From Acidobacteriota bacterium (GTDB lineage: Bacteria > Acidobacteriota > Blastocatellia > Pyrinomonadales > Pyrinomonadaceae): a DNA stretch of 44,709 bases. The stretch lies in contig JANOGL010000338.1 in the NCBI GenBank assembly GCA_031405985.1, forward strand, positions 1 to 44,709, written 5' to 3'. The translations under genes were made by a program, and so were the position numbers. The notes beneath the pieces are model-generated. The model ran no database searches. It had not been told where the DNA came from and saw only the letters and a program-made list of their open reading frames with translations. Positions 39,126-44,709 of this stretch are shown here, piece after piece (the stretch's first letter is position 1; every line of letters begins with the position of its first letter).

Positions 39126-39833
39126 TTAACGCGTGGGGCTAACGACAACGGTTCCGCCACCAATGTCGGTGTCGTCATCCTGACCGGCAAAATAGATGCC
39201 GGCTCCGGCGACGCCTGCTGCAATCAGCAATAGCCATGGCCAGCCAGCAAAGGCAGGGCTTGGAGTCGAGCCTGGACGCAGGCAGGGCTTACAACCTGTT
39301 TGGGCCATGTTGCCTGCCGTGGCTGATGAGCCTGCAGCGACTTGTTTGTCATTAGAACCTTCACGCATAGTTACCGTTCCTGATGTGGTATCAAGGTGAG
39401 TATGCGAGCATTCGACTTCAAGGCCGAAGTTATTTGCTTGAGACGAATCAGCAATGAAGGTTGCGTGCTTAGTCGTCGCTGTGGTGGCAACACCAGCAGA
39501 TGCTGAAACTCTGACCTTGCCAGAATCAACAATAGCAATGATGTTATTCGCGCCGAAATTGAGCGTCATGCTTGAATCGGCCGAGAGCTCAACCCTTCCT
39601 AACTTGCCGAGGCTGACAACTGCGCTCGAATTCGAACCCGTGCTGATCACGGAACCCGAAAGCACGGTTGCGTTAGAAATGGCCGGCTGGCCATTGATCG
39701 TAACCTGACCGGTAACGGTGATCTCGGCCGTTGAGTCCATAGGCACGGCAAAAGCAACCATTGAGTAAACGCACCATATTGCTGCGAGCGTCATTAGCGT
39801 AACGGATTTACGTAGAATTTTTTTGGGGAACAT
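39126..39833 (-). CDS. Secreted beta-rich (FecR-like, tentative) protein with a C-terminal TM anchor, paralog B
   Basis: ATG at 39833 is preceded by AGGAGGAG. Signal peptide LMTLAAIWCVYSMVAFA. Blocks VTINGQPA and SLGKLGRVELSADSSMTLNF. C-terminal TM WPWLLLIAAGVAGAGIYFAG, then DDDTD...VSPTR. The ORF-track start 40058 would overlap the upstream gene. Confidence 0.65.
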   Translation of the reverse strand: MFPKKILRKSVTLMTLAAIWCVYSMVAFAVPMDSTAEITVTGQVTINGQPAISNATVLSGSVISTGSNSSAVVSLGKLGRVELSADSSMTLNFGANNIIAIVDSGKVRVSASAGVATTATTKHATFIADSSQANNFGLEVECSHTHLDTTSGTVTMREGSNDKQVAAGSSATAGNMAQTGCKPCLRPGSTPSPAFAGWPWLLLIAAGVAGAGIYFAGQDDDTDIGGGTVVVSPTR

Positions 39834-39885
39834 CTGTGTTATCTCCTCCTGAATAAACAATTCAATCAATCGAATCAGTAAAATC

Positions 39886-40461
39886 TTAACGAACTGGACT
39901 TGCTTGCGTACCATCTTCATCGCTCTTGATTGTGAAATACAAGATGAAGAAGGCGGCAACTCCAAAAACCACTGCCCATGCCCACCAATCAAGATCGCTG
40001 GCATTGGCAGCGTTCTTTTTAGCCGTTGCAGAGTTGGCAGTGACCATGTCGCCTGCATTTAAATTGACGGTATCGCCTGTAAGCGTTTTTATGCCGACTG
40101 TACTAGCCGAATTAAGAACTCTTGCACTTCCCGCGGTGAGACTCCCACTGAGACTGCCGTCGCTATTCAAATTGTAAGTTGTGCTGGGTGCAAGCTCGAT
40201 CTTGCCGGCTTTACCGAGGTCAAGAATGGCCGTCATGCCATCGGGCGTGGTGATGGTACTTGCGGCAAAGATAGTTCGACCTGAAGCGGCTGGCTCACCG
40301 TTTACAGTAACAGACTTGTCTGATTTACCGTTTACAATTAGTTCGCCTATCGGCTTAACCGAATTCGCTAAAGCCACCATTGAAGACGACGCTAGCACTG
40401 TCACTATTAAGCAAAGAGAGGCAAACATTCGCACACACACAAAAGTATTTTTTAATTTCAT
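39886..40461 (-). CDS. Secreted beta-rich (FecR-like, tentative) protein with a C-terminal TM anchor, paralog A
   Basis: ATG is preceded by AAGGAG. Signal peptide SLCLIVTVLASSSMVALA. Blocks VTVNGEPA and DLGKAGKIELAPSTTYNLN. C-terminal TM WWAWAVVFGVAAFFILYFTI, then KSDEDGTQASPVR. Confidence 0.65.
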   Translation of the reverse strand: MKLKNTFVCVRMFASLCLIVTVLASSSMVALANSVKPIGELIVNGKSDKSVTVNGEPAASGRTIFAASTITTPDGMTAILDLGKAGKIELAPSTTYNLNSDGSLSGSLTAGSARVLNSASTVGIKTLTGDTVNLNAGDMVTANSATAKKNAANASDLDWWAWAVVFGVAAFFILYFTIKSDEDGTQASPVR

Positions 40462-40786
40462 AATAGATGCTCCTTCAATGGTTTAAAATCAAACCTATCA
40501 ATCTTTTACACGAATTATTCATGGTTGTCAATGGATCTCAGACCGACGACCGAAATATAGTCAGATTTTCCGCTGCCCGAAAGCAAGTAGCAGGCTGGAA
40601 TTACATTATGGCTACATTTATAGCATATTTATGAGAACTTTCAAATTCAATTAGTCGAAATATTTACATTTTTAATGAGCTGGATCAGGTGGTTTGACGG
40701 GAGTTTTAAAGGTCTCATTGCCGAACGTCGAATTTTCTGCTTTAATTTGGCAAAAGTTCTTAACAAAATCATTTGGGAGATGTGAG

Positions 40787-41827
40787 ATGAGATTCAGGAT
40801 ATTTACATTATTTTTATTTGCTATTGCTTTGCTGAGTGCTTGTTCGAGCGAGCCGAAAGAAAAGAAGCTCAAGATAGGTTTTGCAATGGATACGGTCAAG
40901 GAGGAGCGTTGGCAGCGCGACCACGATGCATTCAAAGCTCATTGCGAAAAGCTGAACGTCAATTGTGTTATCACTGTTGCCGACAACAAAGCCGACAAGC
41001 AGGCAAACGACGTTGATAATTTGCTGACACAGGGCGTCGACGTGCTCGTCATCGCGCCGCACGACGCTACACAAGCGGCTTCGATGGTTGAAAAAGCTAA
41101 GAAGCAAAACGTACCGGTCATTAGCTACGACCGACTTATCAACTCCGATAAGATCGATCTTTACGTCTCGCACCAGGTTCCGGTCATAGGCAAAAAGATA
41201 GCCGAATACGCGCTGAAAAATCAGCCGAAGGGAAAGTACGTGATGGTTTACGGCGCTTCGACCGACAACAACGCAGTTATAATGAAGAAAGAGCAGCTAG
41301 CCGTTCTGCAACCCGCTATCGACAAAGGTGAGATCAAGATTGTCGCCGATAACTTCATCACGGACTGGAAGCCATCGGAAGCTCTCAATTTCGCCGAGAA
41401 CGCCTTGACGCAAAATAATGATGATATTCAGGCGTTTGTCGTTTCGAATGACGGCATGGCCGGCGGCGTCATTCAGGCGCTTGCCAAACGTAATCTCGCC
41501 GGCCAGATTCTCGTCACCGGTCAGGATGCTGGTCTCGAAGCTTTGCAAAACATTGCTGAAGGTAAACAGTCGATGACGATTTATAAGCCTATCGTCGCGC
41601 TCGCCAATGCAGCGGTCGAAGCCGCAATCAAGCTTGCCAACAAGCAACCCCTCGACACAAGACCGTTTATGAACGACAACATAAAGAAAGAAGTACCGTC
41701 CATTTTGCTCGAAGTCGTCACCGTGGACAAAGCGAATCTTCTGAACACGGTCATCAAAGATGGGTACGCAAAGTACGACGACATCTTTAAAAATGTGCCA
41801 GAGGCAGATCGGCCAAAAAAGCCATAA
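40787..41827 (+). CDS. xylF: D-xylose-type ABC transporter periplasmic sugar-binding lipoprotein
   Basis: Classical lipobox LLSAC. Collinear with my recollection of E. coli XylF throughout, for example KIGFAMDTVKEERWQRD, GVDVLVIAP, VISYDRLI, VVSNDGMAGGVIQAL, VTGQDAGLEAL, QSMTIYKPI and NTVIKDGY. Confidence 0.75.
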   Translation: MRFRIFTLFLFAIALLSACSSEPKEKKLKIGFAMDTVKEERWQRDHDAFKAHCEKLNVNCVITVADNKADKQANDVDNLLTQGVDVLVIAPHDATQAASMVEKAKKQNVPVISYDRLINSDKIDLYVSHQVPVIGKKIAEYALKNQPKGKYVMVYGASTDNNAVIMKKEQLAVLQPAIDKGEIKIVADNFITDWKPSEALNFAENALTQNNDDIQAFVVSNDGMAGGVIQALAKRNLAGQILVTGQDAGLEALQNIAEGKQSMTIYKPIVALANAAVEAAIKLANKQPLDTRPFMNDNIKKEVPSILLEVVTVDKANLLNTVIKDGYAKYDDIFKNVPEADRPKKP

Positions 41828-41835
41828 TTAATAGG

Positions 41836-42771
41836 ATGAATGAAGCCGCTCTGGCCGTCGATCTCGGCGGCACGAACATTCGAATGGCCGCTGTTGCCGA
41901 TGACGGCGCGATACTGCATCTAACTCGGAGGCCCACGCCGAAGAGTGTGACGCCGGTCGAGTTGATATCTCTTGCGGGCGAAATGGCCGACGAGTGCATC
42001 GCGAAAATCGGCTCCGAGACAACTCTGCTCGGCATCGCATTTGCCGCGCCCGCCCCTTCAGCAAGAAACTCCGAAGGCATTCTCACACGGCTTCCCAATA
42101 TCCCGACATTGAATGGAATGAATCTCAAGGCCGCTCTCCGCGACCGCTTTTCTTTTCCGGTGACGGTCGAGAACGACGCGAATGCGGCCGCTATCGGCGA
42201 ACATTGGATGGGGGCGTCGAAAGACGCCGACACGTCAATTATCATCACGCTTGGCACTGGCCTCGGGGGCGGAATTATTATCGACGGCGAGCCCTATCGC
42301 GGCGTCGATGGCACAGCCGGCGAGATCGGGCACGTTTGCGTTATCCCTGACGGCCATCCGTGCGGCTGCGGCAGCCGCGGGTGCGTCGAACAGTATGCTT
42401 CAGCGACGGCGATCGTTCGCATGGCGCGCGAAAACGGCCTCGATTTTTCCACATCGCGCGATGTTTATAATGCATTTCAAGGCGGCGACGAACGCGCGGC
42501 GATCGTTTTCAGACAGATGGGTAGTTATCTCGGCATCGTGCTTGCCGGGCTCGTTAACACTTTAAATCCCGACATGATCGTCATCGCAGGCGGAGCTTCG
42601 GGAGCTTGGGACGCGTTTATCGGGCCGCTGAAAGACGAAATACATCTGCGTGCGTTTCATGCGCCTTCGACGCGTGTCGAGATCGCCCGTACGCAGCTTG
42701 GCGACAACGCCGGAATTCTCGGTGCCGCACGCTCGGCGATTCTAAACGCCGAATCTCTGACGGTCGTTTGA
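41836..42771 (+). CDS. ROK family sugar kinase (glucokinase-like, no N-terminal HTH)
   Basis: LAVDLGGTNIRMA ATP-binding block, ENDANAAA, and the ROK zinc motif GHVCVIPDGHPCGCGSRGCVEQYAS. Confidence 0.88.
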   Translation: MNEAALAVDLGGTNIRMAAVADDGAILHLTRRPTPKSVTPVELISLAGEMADECIAKIGSETTLLGIAFAAPAPSARNSEGILTRLPNIPTLNGMNLKAALRDRFSFPVTVENDANAAAIGEHWMGASKDADTSIIITLGTGLGGGIIIDGEPYRGVDGTAGEIGHVCVIPDGHPCGCGSRGCVEQYASATAIVRMARENGLDFSTSRDVYNAFQGGDERAAIVFRQMGSYLGIVLAGLVNTLNPDMIVIAGGASGAWDAFIGPLKDEIHLRAFHAPSTRVEIARTQLGDNAGILGAARSAILNAESLTVV

Positions 42772-42781
42772 ATATCGAGTT

Positions 42782-42816
42782 GACTCACGACTCTCGACTC
42801 TCTAGACTCTAGACTG
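42782..42816. repeat. Tandem heptamers GACTCAC, GACTCTC, GACTCTC, TAGACTC, TAGACTG
   Basis: It starts 11 nt after the ROK kinase stop, in the metH leader or intergenic region. Confidence 0.85.
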
Positions 42817-42895
42817 ACGACGTGGTGAGTTATTGCAACTTGCGGCCACGTAAAATAAACGGCTAAACAGCAAGAGTTAATTCGAAAGATCTTAG

Positions 42896-42927
42896 AACTC
42901 TGTGCTTGTTTACGCACAGAGTTTTTT
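42896..42927 (+). terminator. Perfect 10-bp hairpin plus T-run, ending 5 nt before the metH start (terminator or attenuator)
   Basis: AACTCTGTGC (42896-42905) pairs perfectly with GCACAGAGTT (42914-42923) across an 8-nt loop. The T-run extends to 42927. Confidence 0.7.
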
Positions 42928-42932
42928 AGTTT

Positions 42933-44709
42933 ATGAGCAAGTTTCTCGATCTGCTAAAAGAAAAGATCATCGTCTTCGACGGGGCGATGGGCGTGTCGTT
43001 GCAGGCGGCGAACTTGTCTATCGACGACTGGGGTGGGCCGAATTTTGAGAACTGCTCGGAGAATCTGCTCTACACGCGGCCGGATGTGGTCGAACACGTG
43101 CATACGAGTTTTCTCGACATCGGCTGCGACGTGATCGAGACGAACAGCTTTGGCGGCAGCGAGGTTGTGCTTACCGAGTTTGGCATCGCGGATAAAACTT
43201 ACGATGTAAATAAAAAAGCTGCCGAGCTTGCAAAGCGTCTCACGAGCGATTATTCGACGAAAGATCATCCGCGTTTTGTCGCCGGCTCGATCGGTCCCGG
43301 CACAAAGCTGCCGACGCTTGGGCATATCACTTATCCCGATCTTAAAGATGCGTATCGCGAACAGGTTCGCGGCCTTATCGACGGCGGCAGCGATGTTTTG
43401 ATCGTCGAGACTTGCCAAGATTTGCTTCAGACGAAGGCTGCATTAGCCGCGATCTTTGAACATTTTGAAAAAAATAGAATAAAACTTCCTGTTATCGCGC
43501 AGGTGACTATCGAAGTTTTCGGCACGATGCTCAACGGCACCGAGATCGGTGCGGCGTTGACCGCGCTCGAACCGTTTCCGATCGACGTCATCGGCATGAA
43601 CTGCGGCACCGGACCGAAGCACATGAGCGACAGCTTTCGTTATCTCTGCGAAAACTCGCCGCTGCCCGTTTCGATCTTGCCGAACGCCGGTTTGCCCGAG
43701 GTGCGCGACGGAGCGCAGCATTACGACGAGACGCCGGAGAGCTTTTCAGCGCAAGTCGAGCATTTTGCAAAGGATTTTGGCGCGAATATAGTCGGCGGCT
43801 GCTGCGGCACGACGCCCGACCACATCAAACTGCTCGTCGAACGCCTCGGCAGTCTTTCGCCGAAGCAGCGCAATGCAAAACTTACGCCGTCGGCCTCGTC
43901 GATCTATTTTCAACAGCCCTACACGCAGGACGCTTCGTTCTTGATCGTCGGCGAACGCGTTAACGCCAGCGGCTCGAAGAAGATGCGCGATCTGCTCGAC
44001 GCCGAAGACTGGGACGGCCTCGTCAATCTCGCGAAATCGCAGGAAAAAGAAGGCGCGCATATTCTCGATATCAACGTTGACTTCGTCGGACGCGATGGCG
44101 TTGCCGATATGCACACTTTGGCCGCGAGACTGGCGACGGCGGTCAAAATTCCGCTGATGTTCGATTCGACTGAGTGGGAAAAAATGGAGGCCGGCCTCGA
44201 ACACGCCGGCGGTAAATCGATTCTCAATTCGACGAATTACGAAGACGGCGAGCCGCGTTTTCTAAAAGTTCTCGGCCTCGCAAAAGAATACGGTGCGAGC
44301 GTCGTCATCGGTTTGATCGATGAGGAAGGCATGGCGCGTTCCTGCGAGGACAAACTCAAGATCGCACGTCGCGCATATAAACAAGTTATTGATAACGGCA
44401 TTCCGGGACACGATATTTTCTTCGATCCGCTTGCTCTGCCGATCTCGACAGGCATTGAAGAAGATCGCGCGAACGCGGCTGAAACTATCGCGGCGATCAA
44501 GGCGATCCGCGCCGAGATGCCCGATGCGAATATCATTCTCGGCGTTTCGAATATCTCGTTCGGACTCAATCCTGCGGCGCGTGTCGTGTTGAATTCCGTA
44601 TTTCTGCACGATTGCGTCGAAGCGGGAATGAACTCGGCGATCGTCAACGCGTCGAAGATATTGCCGCTCATGCGCTTCAGCGAGCATGAGATCGACACAG
44701 CACGCGATC
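42933..44709 (+). CDS. metH: Cobalamin-dependent methionine synthase (homocysteine-binding and pterin-binding modules), 3'-truncated by the window edge
   Basis: Not in the ORF track, because there is no stop before the window end. Manual translation from ATG 42933 is open to the end. Blocks seen are IIVFDGAMG, DVIETNSFG, GMNCGTGP, VGGCCGTTPDHI (zinc Cys ligands), LIVGERVNASGSKKMRDLL, ILDINVD, ILNSTN and SNISFGLNPAAR. Confidence 0.92.
   Translation, partial: MSKFLDLLKEKIIVFDGAMGVSLQAANLSIDDWGGPNFENCSENLLYTRPDVVEHVHTSFLDIGCDVIETNSFGGSEVVLTEFGIADKTYDVNKKAAELAKRLTSDYSTKDHPRFVAGSIGPGTKLPTLGHITYPDLKDAYREQVRGLIDGGSDVLIVETCQDLLQTKAALAAIFEHFEKNRIKLPVIAQVTIEVFGTMLNGTEIGAALTALEPFPIDVIGMNCGTGPKHMSDSFRYLCENSPLPVSILPNAGLPEVRDGAQHYDETPESFSAQVEHFAKDFGANIVGGCCGTTPDHIKLLVERLGSLSPKQRNAKLTPSASSIYFQQPYTQDASFLIVGERVNASGSKKMRDLLDAEDWDGLVNLAKSQEKEGAHILDINVDFVGRDGVADMHTLAARLATAVKIPLMFDSTEWEKMEAGLEHAGGKSILNSTNYEDGEPRFLKVLGLAKEYGASVVIGLIDEEGMARSCEDKLKIARRAYKQVIDNGIPGHDIFFDPLALPISTGIEEDRANAAETIAAIKAIRAEMPDANIILGVSNISFGLNPAARVVLNSVFLHDCVEAGMNSAIVNASKILPLMRFSEHEIDTARD

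Noticed and set aside
39834-40058. N-terminal 75-aa extension of the 310-aa ORF (start at 40058)
   Set aside because: It would overlap the upstream paralog by 173 nt. The internal ATG 39833 has an AGGAGGAG Shine-Dalgarno sequence and is followed by a proper signal peptide.
42821-42880. Naming the metH leader a SAM-II/SAM-V riboswitch (CUUGC ... AACGGCUAAA ... GCAAG elements)
   Set aside because: I cannot reproduce the Rfam consensus reliably from memory and the matches are short. It is reported only as an unclassified candidate leader.
42954-44698. Series of minus-strand ORFs (42954-43418, 43427-43721, 43746-44204, 44237-44698) listed where no + ORF is given
   Set aside because: Manual translation of the + strand from ATG 42933 gives an uninterrupted MetH N-terminal sequence to the window end. 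The minus ORFs are antisense artefacts, and the + ORF was omitted only because it lacks a stop in the window.

Overview
This 44.7-kb window looks like chromosomal DNA from a Gram-negative aerobe. No rRNA, tRNA, CRISPR array, transposase or integrase is recognisable. The gene content (alternative complex III plus caa3 oxidase, a giant CarboxypepD_reg-type outer-membrane barrel, a Hanks kinase, an ECF sigma module) resembles Acidobacteriota, but that is inference only.

Gene layout:
- (1) nt 2-12723, + strand: one tightly coupled respiratory supercluster, actB (5' end cut by the window edge), actC, actD, actE, actF, a PEPRLQ-motif membrane protein, sco, then ctaC-ctaD-ctaE-ctaF. It closes with a clear rho-independent terminator.
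- (2) 12.9-15.6 kb: a LolD/MacB-type ABC ATPase flanked by two LolA/LolB-fold-like exported proteins, with no permease gene.
- (3) 15.6-18.7 kb: a compact operon behind a near-consensus sigma70 promoter, encoding a radical SAM enzyme with a SPASM/twitch-like tail, an NADPH-dependent FMN reductase and an S41 peptidase.
- (4) 18.5-24.7 kb, - strand: gyrA, a GH15 hydrolase and pyruvate kinase, packed end to end.
- (5) 24.9-27.6 kb: three tandem paralogous genes, each encoding two PilZ-type domains. They abut a convergent membrane Ser/Thr kinase.
- (6) 29.3-36.8 kb: ECF sigma, zf-HC2 anti-sigma, a bactofilin-like membrane protein, a secreted repeat protein, a 1026-aa outer-membrane barrel and a LolA-like secreted protein.
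- (7) 36.8-40.5 kb, - strand: two paralogous secreted, C-terminally anchored FecR-like proteins, a terminator, then ugd and an SDR epimerase.
- (8) 40.8-44.7 kb: a xylF-like lipoprotein, a ROK kinase and a 3'-truncated metH. The ORF track misses metH.

The most unusual signals:
- A family of short period-7 and period-8 tandem micro-arrays sits exactly at gene junctions, and two of them occur as inverted pairs.
- The triple di-PilZ array has no other c-di-GMP gene in the window.
- The radical SAM / flavoprotein / S41 operon has no visible substrate gene.
- Two strong terminator hairpins abut start codons, before metH and before the 36039 gene.
- Pyruvate kinase carries a 79-aa tail encoded antisense to the convergent S41 gene.

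All calls rest on motif reading by eye. No database search was run.
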